A stretch of DNA of 28,450 bases from a candidate division WOR-3 bacterium (GCA_039801225.1 JBDRUH010000015.1:1-28450); one strand, 5' to 3'; positions 15,457 through 24,345 are shown, counted from the first letter of the stretch. The notes: generated from the sequence alone by a model not told the origin. Numbers and translations are program-made.

Positions 15457-17901
15457 ATGAGTCACAGCCGACAGCCGAAAGATGGATGGCGGGTTCCCCC
15501 GGAGCGGCTTTACTGGCAATGCAATCTTGAAGGGTTAGATTTCAAAACCACCGAGGACTTAAAGTCCTCACGAGAAATTATCGGTCAGCAAAGAGCGATT
15601 GAGGCGCTGCAACTGGGCGTAGAGATTAACGCGACCGGCTATAATATATTTGTTACCGGTCCGCCTGGAACCGGGAGAACAACAACCGTCCAGAAACTTT
15701 TGGAGAGGGTGAAGCCGGTCAAAGAGGTTACCGACAAATGTTATGTGTATAACTTTTCTGACCCAGACCGTCCCTGTTTACTCATTCTTCCTGCTGGTGA
15801 CGGAAAGAGGTTGCAGAGCGCTATGGAGGAACTGGTCACTTACTTGATAAAAAATATCCCCCGGTTGTTTGAGGGTGAGCCGTATCAGCATGCCCGGCAG
15901 GAGATTGTTGAGCGGTTTAAAGAACAGGGAGCGGCACGGGTCCGGGAGTTTGAGAGAAAGGTTGCTCTTGAGGGTTTTGCCCTCGTTCAGGTGGCACCGA
16001 GCGCACGGCCGGAGGTGGCCCCGATAGTGGAAAAGCAGCCGGTAAGCGTGGAGATGCTTGACCGGCTGGTTGAGGAGGGAAAAATTACGCCGGAGCGGAA
16101 TGGGGAGTTAAAGACAAAATATCGGGAACTCACCACCGAACTTTTGGCGATTTTCAAGGAGATCCGGGAGTTTGAGCGCCAGACCCGGGAGGCTTTAGCC
16201 AAACTTGACCGGGACATTATCACCCCGGTATTAGAGGAACGGATTGGCGAAATTGCTGAAAGGCTAAAAAACTCAAAGATAAAAGATTATCTTGAGGAGG
16301 TGAAGGCGGCGGTGCTTAAAAACCTTGACCTTTTCCGCCAGCGGGCAGGAGAGGGTGAAGGTGGCACGAGCGGTCAAGAAGCGGGCGTTGACCCATACCT
16401 GCCTTTCCGGGTGAATGTGCTTGTGGACAACTCCAAAACCCAAACCGCACCGGTGGTATTTGAGACCAACCCCACTTATCGCAACCTGTTCGGCTCAATT
16501 GAAAGGGTTTGGGATAAAGCGGGTCAGTGGCGCACCGACTTCACCCACATCAAGGCGGGTTCGCTTTTACGGGCTGATGGTGGCTTCTTAGTGGTTAATG
16601 CCCTTGATTTGCTGTTTGAGCCCGGGGTTTGGCCCAGTTTGAAACGGACTCTGCGCAATCGGCAGTTGGAAATTTCTGCCTATGACCCATTAATTACCAT
16701 TTTTGGTGCCACCGCGCTCAAACCGGAGCCCATTCCTTTGGACCTAAAAGTGGTTATGATTGGCGACCTTTTGGTATATAACCTATTAGCCGCTTATGAC
16801 GAGGAGTTCAAGAAGGTTTTTAAGGTGCGGGCGGACTTTGACTGGGTGATGCCGAGGAATAAAACCACAGTTAATGAGTATGCCCAGGTGATAAAGGCGC
16901 TTACCGAAAAAGAGGGTTTAAAGCCGTTTGACCGTTCTGGAGTAGCCCGGGTGATTGAGTATGCCGCTCGGGTTGCGGGTAGGCAGAATAAACTTACCAC
17001 CCGGCTTAATATCATTGCTGATATCCTGAAAGAAGCAAACTACTGGGCGGACAAGGCAGGAGCGAAACTGGTCAGTGCGGAACATGTTCGGATGGCGATT
17101 GAGAAACGCCGCGCGCGGGTAAAGATGATTGAAGAAAAGTTGCAGGAGGCGATTCGCGAGGGGCTTATCTTTATTGATGTGAAGGGTAAGGTTAAAGGTC
17201 AGGTTAATGGGTTAGCGGTTTATGAGACAGTTGAGCACGCATTTGCCATTCCGGTGCGAATTACCGCCCGGGTTGGCGTTGGCTCCGCGGGGATTATTAA
17301 CATTGAGCGGGAGGCGCAACTTTCCGGGCCAACCCATGATAAAGGGGTTTACATTATCACCGGCTATCTCAGGAATAAGTATGCGTTTGACCAGCCCTTA
17401 GTTCTCTCGGCATCAATAACCTTTGAGCAGTCCTATGGTGGGATTGACGGTGATAGCGCCTCATCAACTGAACTTTATGCGTTACTTTCCGAACTTGCCG
17501 GTGTGCCATTGCGTCAGGATTTAGCGGTTACTGGCTCGGTCAATCAGAAGGGTGAGGTTCAGCCGATTGGTGGGGTCAATGAAAAGATTGAAGGGTTTTT
17601 TGATGTGTGTAAAGCGCGCGGGTTAACTGGGACTCAGGGGGTCATTATCCCGAAGGCAAACCTAAGCGATTTGATGCTGAGAGAGGAGATAGTTAGTGCC
17701 GTTGAGGAGGGAAAGTTTCACATCTATGCGATTGAGACGGTTGACCAGGGGATAGAACTTTTGACCGGTGTTCCAGCGGGAGAGATGGATAAAGACGGCA
17801 AATACCCGCCTAACACAATTAATGGCAAGGTAAAGGCGCGGCTTAAAGAGTTGATTGAGGCTTTCCAGCGGTTCCGGGTGGAGGAGAAGGGTAAGGCTTA
17901 A
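15457..17901 (+). CDS. Lon-like protease (LonC/YcbZ-type, AAA_32 plus Lon_C domains)
   Basis: IIGQQRA, GPPGTGRT (Walker A Lys replaced by Arg), GSLLRADGGFL, GQVNGLAV, FEQSYGGIDGDSAS (catalytic Ser) and GGVNEKIEGFF (catalytic Lys). Confidence 0.9.
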   Translation: MSHSRQPKDGWRVPPERLYWQCNLEGLDFKTTEDLKSSREIIGQQRAIEALQLGVEINATGYNIFVTGPPGTGRTTTVQKLLERVKPVKEVTDKCYVYNFSDPDRPCLLILPAGDGKRLQSAMEELVTYLIKNIPRLFEGEPYQHARQEIVERFKEQGAARVREFERKVALEGFALVQVAPSARPEVAPIVEKQPVSVEMLDRLVEEGKITPERNGELKTKYRELTTELLAIFKEIREFERQTREALAKLDRDIITPVLEERIGEIAERLKNSKIKDYLEEVKAAVLKNLDLFRQRAGEGEGGTSGQEAGVDPYLPFRVNVLVDNSKTQTAPVVFETNPTYRNLFGSIERVWDKAGQWRTDFTHIKAGSLLRADGGFLVVNALDLLFEPGVWPSLKRTLRNRQLEISAYDPLITIFGATALKPEPIPLDLKVVMIGDLLVYNLLAAYDEEFKKVFKVRADFDWVMPRNKTTVNEYAQVIKALTEKEGLKPFDRSGVARVIEYAARVAGRQNKLTTRLNIIADILKEANYWADKAGAKLVSAEHVRMAIEKRRARVKMIEEKLQEAIREGLIFIDVKGKVKGQVNGLAVYETVEHAFAIPVRITARVGVGSAGIINIEREAQLSGPTHDKGVYIITGYLRNKYAFDQPLVLSASITFEQSYGGIDGDSASSTELYALLSELAGVPLRQDLAVTGSVNQKGEVQPIGGVNEKIEGFFDVCKARGLTGTQGVIIPKANLSDLMLREEIVSAVEEGKFHIYAIETVDQGIELLTGVPAGEMDKDGKYPPNTINGKVKARLKELIEAFQRFRVEEKGKA

Positions 17902-18819
17902 TCATTCTCCTTCCACCTCTTTAATGGTTGCCGGAGTCCAGGTTGAACCGCCATCCCCGCTAAAAAGGAGGGTGTGTTCGTCACCGGCGATAATGCCCAC
18001 CAGCCAATCTGAGAAGAAGCGAACGCTGAAAAGGTCCCTGGTCGTCCCGGCATCAACTCTCTCCCAGGTTTCGCCACCGTCTTTGGTTTGCATCACCGTG
18101 CCCTTACCGCCAACCACAAAGCCTACCATAGTGTCGTAGTGGATATCAAGCGAGTAAAGCGGCGGTAAGGGGAACTCAAGCGGTAATGGACGCCAAACCT
18201 CGCCGCCATTAGGGGTAAAGAAGATTCTGCCTGAGGTGGTGGTCATAAATCCGATAATGTCATCTGCCGGGAAGTGAACTGCGGTGAAGTGGGTATTTGC
18301 CACCAAACCTAAAACATTAGCGGTCTGGGAAAACCAGATTGCGCCACTGGTGGTGGTTTTTAAAACTGTGCCGTTCAAGCCCACCGCATAGCCGGTGACT
18401 TCGTCAGCCGGAAAGTTGATGTCCATTATTTTTTCTTCGGTGGTGGTGATGAGTTTTTCCCAGGTTCTACCACTGTCGGTGGTGCGCAAAATTACCCCTT
18501 TATCACCGGCAACAAAACCGATTTCCGGCGAAAGAGGGAATTTTATTGACCTTAGATCTACATCCACCGGCGTGGGGAGTTTCTCCCAATTCTCGCCACC
18601 ATCTTTGGTTTTAATGATGGTGCCATTATCACCGCAGGCAAAACCGATTGAGCCTTGACCCGGGAAGGAAATAGTATAAAGATTTGAGGTAACCGGGCAG
18701 GCGAGCCTTTGCCAGGTGGCGCCATGGTCGCGGGTAACAAGTATCAGACCGTTATCGCCCACCGCGTAGGCAACAAAGGTGTCTTCCAAGGTGAATATGG
18801 AATTAATCCGATTGGGCAT
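17902..18819 (-). CDS. YCF48-related beta-propeller protein
   Basis: About seven repeats of F-P...G[FY][AV][VC]GxxGxI[LI]xTxDGGxxW. Confidence 0.85.
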   Translation of the reverse strand: MPNRINSIFTLEDTFVAYAVGDNGLILVTRDHGATWQRLACPVTSNLYTISFPGQGSIGFACGDNGTIIKTKDGGENWEKLPTPVDVDLRSIKFPLSPEIGFVAGDKGVILRTTDSGRTWEKLITTTEEKIMDINFPADEVTGYAVGLNGTVLKTTTSGAIWFSQTANVLGLVANTHFTAVHFPADDIIGFMTTTSGRIFFTPNGGEVWRPLPLEFPLPPLYSLDIHYDTMVGFVVGGKGTVMQTKDGGETWERVDAGTTRDLFSVRFFSDWLVGIIAGDEHTLLFSGDGGSTWTPATIKEVEGE

Positions 18820-18825
18820 TAATTA

Positions 18826-18909
18826 ATAATGAGGCGGATATCGCCTGATGTCAAGCGAACCCTTTTTTTAAAATACTAAACTTGACTTTGGTATTTACAA
18901 CCGGATTAT
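18826..18909. promoter_or_regulatory. Divergent leaderless promoters
   Basis: Minus strand: TTGACA(18849-54)-N17-CATTAT, 6 nt to ATG 18819. Plus strand: TTGACT(18882-87)-N16-GATTAT, 7 nt to ATG 18917. Confidence 0.6.
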
Positions 18910-18916
18910 TAAAAAT

Positions 18917-20713
18917 ATGGCAGAGACGCTCTATCTGGCGTTTCAGAAGGTGGCGGAAAGGCTTCCTGAACATCCGGCTTTAATGCATAAGGTTAATGGC
19001 AAATATCAAACCATTACCTATTCCCGATTAAAAAGAATGGTTGATGACCTTGCCGCCGGTCTGAAAACAGCGGGTGTTATGCCTGGAATGCGGGTTGGGA
19101 TTTACTCCTATAACCGACCAGAATGGGTTATTGCCGATTTGGCAATTATCAAATTGGGTGCCATCACCGTGCCGGTATATCACAATCTGCCGACAGAGTC
19201 GGTTCGCTATATCTTGAATGATGCCGAGGTGAGCTATCTTTTTGTAGAGACGCCAGACCTATATAATTCACTAACCCCTCACCTTTCTGAAATAAAACCG
19301 CTCAAGACGATTATTACCTTTTATGATACCCCTGAGGGCGTAAGCGGGGGCAAATCCTTAACCTCCTTCTCCGCCCTTTTGCAATTGGGTGCCCGAGCGC
19401 TGGGTGAAAACTCAGAAATTGCCCAACCTCATCTCAGTGAGCCCAGTGACCTTGTAACCATCTGTTACACCTCCGGGACAACCGGCGAGCCAAAGGGAGC
19501 GATGCTTACCCACCATAATATCCTTTCTAATGTTTGGGCAGCGATTGAAAGGTTTAATGTTAATGAAAACGACCTCCTCGTCTCCTTTCTGCCGCTCTGT
19601 CATATGTTTGAGCGCACCTGCGGTTACTACACGATGCTGCTCGCTGGCGCAACTGTTGCCTACGCCCAGTCAATTGAGACGATTCGGGAGGATGTTAAGG
19701 CGGTCAAGCCCACCCTGTTGATCGTTGTTCCACGAGTGTTAGAAAAGGCATACAATGCGGTGCAGGAAAAGGTCTTAACCGGTCCACCGCTCCAGCGCAA
19801 ACTGATGGTTGCGACGATCAAGACCTACAATCGCTACGCCCTTTTGCGCTCCAGAAAACAGAAAATTCCTCTAATACTGAAATTCCAGCATTGGCTTTTT
19901 GGTGTGTTGGTTGTGGGTAAACTGAAGAAACTTGCCGGTGGTAGGGTTCGGTTGATTGTCTCCGGTGGTGCGCCCCTTGACCGCAAATTGGCCAGGATAT
20001 TCCGCAACTTGGGCTTCAATTTGCTGGAGGGTTATGGCTTGACCGAGACATCACCGGTGGTATGCGCGGCAATCCCTGGTGAGGAACGGGTTGGCACGGT
20101 TGGCAAGCCATTTCCCAATGTTGAGGTAAAGATCGGACCGGAGGACGAGATACTGGTGCGTGGTCCAAATGTGATGAAAGGTTATCTCAATAAGCCAGAG
20201 GAGAGTGCAAGGGCGGTTGATGCTGAGGGTTGGTTTCATACCGGTGACCAAGGGAGGTTTGACTCTGAGGGCAACCTCATCATCACCGGCAGGATAAAAG
20301 AGATTATCGTCAACTCTTACGGCAAAAATATTGCCCCAGTGCCGATTGAACAGGCGCTGGTCTCTTCAAAATTCATTGAGCAGGCGATGGTGGTGGGCGA
20401 CCGGCTACCCTATCTTACCGCCCTTATTGTTCCTGCCCGGATAACCCTTGAGGACTACGCCCGAAAGGAAAGAATTCCCTTTGCTGACTTTACCGAGCTG
20501 CTGCGCCATCCCCAGATTATAAAGCTCTTTCGGGAGGAGATTGACCGCTGCCTTGCCCCTTTTGCTCCCTATGAAAAGGTGCGGGATTTTTCTCTTGTTC
20601 CTGAGCCTTTCACGGTTGAGAATGGGCTATTGACTCCAACATTAAAAATCAGGCGCAATAAAGTTATTGAGGTGTATCAACCTTTAGTTAGAGCAATGTA
20701 TCCGGAGGTTTAA
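18917..20713 (+). CDS. Long-chain fatty acid--CoA ligase (FadD-like, AMP-binding)
   Basis: YTSGTTGEPKG, FLPLCHMFER, EGYGLTETSP, GWFHTGD, GRIKE and LTPTLKIRR. Confidence 0.92.
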   Translation: MAETLYLAFQKVAERLPEHPALMHKVNGKYQTITYSRLKRMVDDLAAGLKTAGVMPGMRVGIYSYNRPEWVIADLAIIKLGAITVPVYHNLPTESVRYILNDAEVSYLFVETPDLYNSLTPHLSEIKPLKTIITFYDTPEGVSGGKSLTSFSALLQLGARALGENSEIAQPHLSEPSDLVTICYTSGTTGEPKGAMLTHHNILSNVWAAIERFNVNENDLLVSFLPLCHMFERTCGYYTMLLAGATVAYAQSIETIREDVKAVKPTLLIVVPRVLEKAYNAVQEKVLTGPPLQRKLMVATIKTYNRYALLRSRKQKIPLILKFQHWLFGVLVVGKLKKLAGGRVRLIVSGGAPLDRKLARIFRNLGFNLLEGYGLTETSPVVCAAIPGEERVGTVGKPFPNVEVKIGPEDEILVRGPNVMKGYLNKPEESARAVDAEGWFHTGDQGRFDSEGNLIITGRIKEIIVNSYGKNIAPVPIEQALVSSKFIEQAMVVGDRLPYLTALIVPARITLEDYARKERIPFADFTELLRHPQIIKLFREEIDRCLAPFAPYEKVRDFSLVPEPFTVENGLLTPTLKIRRNKVIEVYQPLVRAMYPEV

Positions 20714-21445
20714 ATAATCCATACGGCGCTGGTTATATTTGCTATTCTTATCTCATCAACAGACAATGCCGGCTCACTCTGCGAAAAGGCAGAGTATCTC
20801 CTTTTTAACCGCCATCTCAACCCCTCCTATCTTGACTCCGCCTATCAAATCCTTGCCCGAGCCCGGCGATTGACGCCAACGGATGAACGCGCCCTTTATC
20901 TCTGGTCAAGGCTCCATACCCAATTGGGAGACAACGCTAAAGAGAAGAAAGAGAAGATTTTTTATTATGAGCGGGCAAAGGCGATCGCGGAGACGCTTAA
21001 GATGCTCAACGATAAAAACCCGGACGGGTATATGTGGTGGGCAATTGCCCAAGGGAAGATCGGCCAGACGCGCGGTGTGCTCAATTCACTCTTTATGGTT
21101 GCTGATTTGAAGAAGGCTTTCGCCAAAGTGATAGAACTTGACCCCAAATATCCTACCGCCTATGATGCGCTTGGGGTTCTCTATTATGAACTGCCCGGCT
21201 TTGCTGGTGGTAATTTAAAAAAGTCGGCAGATTTTCTCTTAAAGGGGCTGGAGATTGACCCGAACTATACGCTAATCCGGCTTGACCTGGCTAAGGTGTA
21301 TATCAGACAAGGGCGTTATGCCGAGGCTTGCGAGCAGTTGCGTCTGTGCTTGAAGACAGCTAAACCAACCTATCCTGCCGACTTTTTTCTTGAGGACAAA
21401 CCTGAAGCCGAGCGCCTTTTAAAAGAGATTAGCAACTTCCGGTAG
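20714..21445 (+). CDS. TPR protein with a probable N-terminal signal peptide; start probably non-canonical
   Basis: The frame is open from 20714 (IIHTALVIFAILISS...), behind GGAGGT at 20704-20709. The ORF-track TTG at 20870 falls mid-helix. TPR-like AYDALGVLYYELPGFAGG and GLEIDPNY. Confidence 0.75.
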   Translation: MIHTALVIFAILISSTDNAGSLCEKAEYLLFNRHLNPSYLDSAYQILARARRLTPTDERALYLWSRLHTQLGDNAKEKKEKIFYYERAKAIAETLKMLNDKNPDGYMWWAIAQGKIGQTRGVLNSLFMVADLKKAFAKVIELDPKYPTAYDALGVLYYELPGFAGGNLKKSADFLLKGLEIDPNYTLIRLDLAKVYIRQGRYAEACEQLRLCLKTAKPTYPADFFLEDKPEAERLLKEISNFR

Positions 21446-21656
21446 TTAGCTGGGGAATTCTATTCAACGCCTCGGTTAAGATTCTTATTCGGGTGGAAAG
21501 CGATGCTCGGCGGTTGATGATTGCGACGATATCGCTGCGTAGCCGACACACGCCACCTTCACTCCGCAGGTCGTCATAAATAACTTTTATCCCCAGTTGG
21601 GCGCATTTTGCCTCTAATGCGGCACATTGGGCGGCGAGTGAGGAACGGGGTTTCAT
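21429..21656 (-). CDS. Small conserved hypothetical protein
   Basis: ATG overlaps the stop of the upstream epimerase; plausible globular sequence LGIKVIYDDLRSEGGVCRLR...IINRR. Confidence 0.65.
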   Translation of the reverse strand: MKPRSSLAAQCAALEAKCAQLGIKVIYDDLRSEGGVCRLRSDIVAIINRRASLSTRIRILTEALNRIPQLTTGSC

Positions 21657-22630
21657 AACCAGCCCTCCTTTTTATACCAGTTGAGGGTTAACTCGGCTCC
21701 CCTTTGGAGGGTGATGCGGGGAGAAAACCCCAGTTCAACCTTTGCCCTTTCGTCAGAACATACCCAGCACTCTTGGGTCAACTCCCGCATTTTGTCGGGA
21801 TTAAAAACCGTGCCTTCCCGGGCGAGCCAGGAGTTGATTTGGGCGGCGAGAAAGCCAAGCCAGTGCGGGATGCGAAAAGTTCTCACCCTTCTGCCGGTAA
21901 CCATTTCCCAAACGCGGACTAAATCAAAAAAGGTATAACAACAGCCATCAGAAATGAAATAGATGGGCGGGCGGTCAGGCGGAATGCGGAATGCGGAAGG
22001 CGAAAGGCGGGCGGCAAGAATTGCCGCCGCCACCGCATCACTTACATAGAGTAGAGAAAAAGTTCCGCCTAAAACCGGGGCAAATCCGCGGGAAAACATC
22101 CGCCAAAACAAAAGTCCATCCCGGTCTCGTGGGCCATAAACCGCGGGAAGGCGCAGAACCACCGAACTTAAACTATCTTTTAATGCCAAAACCGCCTCTT
22201 CTGCTGCCAGTTTTGCCCGACCATACTCACTCACCGGTTTTGGTGCCATCTCCTCATTCAATCGTTCGTTAAACCGACCTGGACCCGCGGCAGCGACTGA
22301 AGAGAAAAGGACAAAACGCTTTACTCCCTTATCAATCGCCACCCGGGCAAGTCGCTCGGTTCCTTCCTGGTTAACCCGGATGAACTCCTCCACCCTTTTC
22401 GGTCGCACAACCGCGGCGGTATGAAAAACTATTTCAATCCCATCAACCGCTGGGATAAGAGAGCCTTCGTCAGTAATGTCGCCATACACTAGTTCCATAT
22501 TGAGGTGTTTGATCCAGCGCAAATCGCTCGTTTTTCTGACGAGTGCTCGGACTTCATATCCATTTGCAAGCAGACCTTCACACAGGTGAGAACCGATAAA
22601 GCCATTAGCCCCGGTAACCAAAACCTTCAT
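21653..22630 (-). CDS. NAD-dependent epimerase/dehydratase (extended SDR)
   Basis: VLVTGANGFIGSHL, SSVAA, YGRAK (YxxxK) and VYGPRD. Confidence 0.9.
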   Translation of the reverse strand: MKVLVTGANGFIGSHLCEGLLANGYEVRALVRKTSDLRWIKHLNMELVYGDITDEGSLIPAVDGIEIVFHTAAVVRPKRVEEFIRVNQEGTERLARVAIDKGVKRFVLFSSVAAAGPGRFNERLNEEMAPKPVSEYGRAKLAAEEAVLALKDSLSSVVLRLPAVYGPRDRDGLLFWRMFSRGFAPVLGGTFSLLYVSDAVAAAILAARLSPSAFRIPPDRPPIYFISDGCCYTFFDLVRVWEMVTGRRVRTFRIPHWLGFLAAQINSWLAREGTVFNPDKMRELTQECWVCSDERAKVELGFSPRITLQRGAELTLNWYKKEGWL

Positions 22631-23467
22631 TCACAATCTGGGCAAGACATTCTGGTTAAAAAAATCCCTTGCCCGAAGTGCCGCCTCCTTCGGTCTGGTC
22701 TCAAACACGAGGAGCGCCTTGGTCTTGACTAAAAAACGGAGATAAGGGAATAGGTCATTTGAGCCTTCGCCTAATGGTTTGTGCTCATCCTTAACCCCGT
22801 TATTGTCATGGAGATGGGAGTGATAAACTTTCCTTTTGTGCCGCTGGAAAAAAGCCCACTCCTTTCTTTTCTTCTCCTCGGGCAAAATTGAGATATGCCC
22901 GATGTCAAAACAGAGTCCCAGGTTGCCACCCAAGAGCCGATTCAAAACCCTCCTGCTTGGCTCAAATCTAAAACCGCCAACATTCTCCACACATAATCTC
23001 GTTCGGTCCTGGGCATACCCCTTTAACTCGGCAAGCATCTTAAAAAGCCCGCTGGTGAAATAGTCCGGAAACTCCTCGTGGGTAAACCGGTTAGTTCCAC
23101 CCATTCCGTAATGCATATCAAACCCCAGATGGATTATCACATTCTCGGCACCGATGTCAGCGGCTAGGTCAATGGTCTTTTTTAACTCGGCGACGATACA
23201 CCGCCGGACCCGCTCACTGGGGATAAAAAATGACGGTCCTTCCAAGGCATGGAGCGCCAGCCTTATTTTCGCTTTCTCTGCCGCTCGCTTTATCCTTTTC
23301 CGCTCTTTAATTCTGCGCAATTGTTCGCCAAATCTAATATTGCCCAGATTTACCTCTAAGACACCAAACCCTTCCTTTCGGGCAAACTGGATGGCGTCAA
23401 CAATATCGGTGTAGTCAAAAAGAATTTGCAGACCAAGCCGGCGGCTGAGAAAGTCTATTGTGGCCAC
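22631..23467 (-). CDS. Sugar phosphate isomerase/epimerase (xylose isomerase-like TIM barrel)
   Basis: LCVEN, FDIGH, HLHDNNGVKDEH and VFE metal ligands. Confidence 0.85.
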   Translation of the reverse strand: MATIDFLSRRLGLQILFDYTDIVDAIQFARKEGFGVLEVNLGNIRFGEQLRRIKERKRIKRAAEKAKIRLALHALEGPSFFIPSERVRRCIVAELKKTIDLAADIGAENVIIHLGFDMHYGMGGTNRFTHEEFPDYFTSGLFKMLAELKGYAQDRTRLCVENVGGFRFEPSRRVLNRLLGGNLGLCFDIGHISILPEEKKRKEWAFFQRHKRKVYHSHLHDNNGVKDEHKPLGEGSNDLFPYLRFLVKTKALLVFETRPKEAALRARDFFNQNVLPRL

Positions 23468-23472
23468 ACCTG

Positions 23473-23500
23473 ATTATATATCGGGGCAAAGGTATGTCAA
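23473..23500 (-). promoter_or_regulatory. Consensus sigma70 promoter (leaderless)
   Basis: TTGACA-N16-TATAAT with both hexamers perfect, 5 nt before GTG 23467. Confidence 0.82.
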
Positions 23501-23540
23501 GGTGCGGCATAGGTTTAGGTAAAGGTAAAGAGTAGGCAAA

Positions 23541-23710
23541 CCCCGGCTCCGTCATTCCGAGCTTGCCGAGGAATCCCTGGTATTCAATTCAAAAGGCAAA
23601 ATGCAAATTGCAAAAGACAAAACGAAGAATCTAAGAGATTTGGGATTTGGCTTTTGACTTCACCTAAAGTCGGGCTCGGGGCAGGCTCTGGCGAGTGGAG
23701 GAACCCCTCC
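23541..23710 (+). repeat. REP-like element interrupted by heptamer arrays
   Basis: Shares CGGCTCCGTCATTCCGA, GAGGAATCCCT, GCTCGGG(G)CAGGCT and GGCGAGTGGAGGAA with 27598-27706. Internal arrays: caaaagg caaaatg caaattg caaaaga caaaacg, then gatttgg gatttgg cttttga. Confidence 0.8.
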
Positions 23711-23769
23711 GCTTGGAGCAAGCCCTTTAAGTTTGCTTTTAGAGGAAAGGCTGGATGAAACAGGCGGAT

Positions 23770-23799
23770 AAAAAACGGGGGCAAAGATTTGCCCCCGTT
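23770..23799 (-). terminator. Rho-independent terminator of the TRL-like gene
   Basis: Perfect inverted repeat AACGGGGGCAAA-GA-TTTGCCCCCGTT ending in a T-run on the minus strand, 16 nt after the stop. Confidence 0.85.
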
Positions 23800-23815
23800 A
23801 GAGAAGACCAGAGTT

Positions 23816-24148
23816 TTATTCGCCGTAGACGTAGATGGTGTAAGTTGACCAGAGCCCAAGGATACTGGTTACTTCTTGGTCGACATGGTGAACCTTTTTA
23901 ATGCCGCTTTCTCTCATTGCCGCTTCCAGACTGGCGTCACCGGTGGCGATAAGCCCGAGGATGTTAGTCGCGGTTACCTTTGCTACTTTGCTGTTAGTAG
24001 CGGCTTCAGGACCGTAGTAGGCGATTGCCGATGCCGGTGTTTTTACTGAAGTATAAAGAGTGCCAACCGTATAAAATCCGGGGATACAACCGGTGAGCAT
24101 TGTCAGGCATACAATCGGGACTATGCTTAATAGCAGCAGTTTTTTCAT
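23816..24148 (-). CDS. TRL-like family lipoprotein
   Basis: True start ATG 24148 behind AAAGGAGG; lipobox LTGC; ILGLIATGDASLEAAM..GIKKVHHVD...ILG...VYGE signature. Confidence 0.85.
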   Translation of the reverse strand: MKKLLLLSIVPIVCLTMLTGCIPGFYTVGTLYTSVKTPASAIAYYGPEAATNSKVAKVTATNILGLIATGDASLEAAMRESGIKKVHHVDQEVTSILGLWSTYTIYVYGE

Positions 24149-24198
24149 AAGACCTCCTTTGGTTTTATTTTGCTGCAATTGCATTTTCATTTTGAGAT

Positions 24199-24226
24199 AT
24201 GATAACAGAATTAGTGCAGTTGTCAA
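24199..24226 (-). promoter_or_regulatory. Promoter of the TRL-like gene
   Basis: TTGACA-N16-TATCAT. Confidence 0.7.
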
Positions 24227-24345
24227 GAAAATTTTAATAGGTCTTATGTAATTGTCATAATGCCGCCCGGGGATAAAGTAACCTATCCGACCCGAGGCGG
24301 AATGGGTTCTTATGGCAGGCGCTGATGGCGGAGAATTAAAAGTTA

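Noticed and set aside
17902..18819. YCF48-like gene as evidence of photosynthesis
   Set aside because: The fold is widespread in non-phototrophs, and there are no photosystem genes in the window.
23664..23710. RNase P-like AAAGTCGGGC motif
   Set aside because: The other conserved RNase P regions are absent; the sequence is explained by the REP-like element.
23584..23859. 91-aa minus-strand ORF
   Set aside because: Runs through a terminator, a REP element and heptamer arrays (FCLLQFAFCLL is the repeat translation).
24149..24226. N-terminal extension of the TRL-like ORF given in the track
   Set aside because: The track's TTG is the -35 hexamer; SD and lipoprotein signal place the start at 24148.
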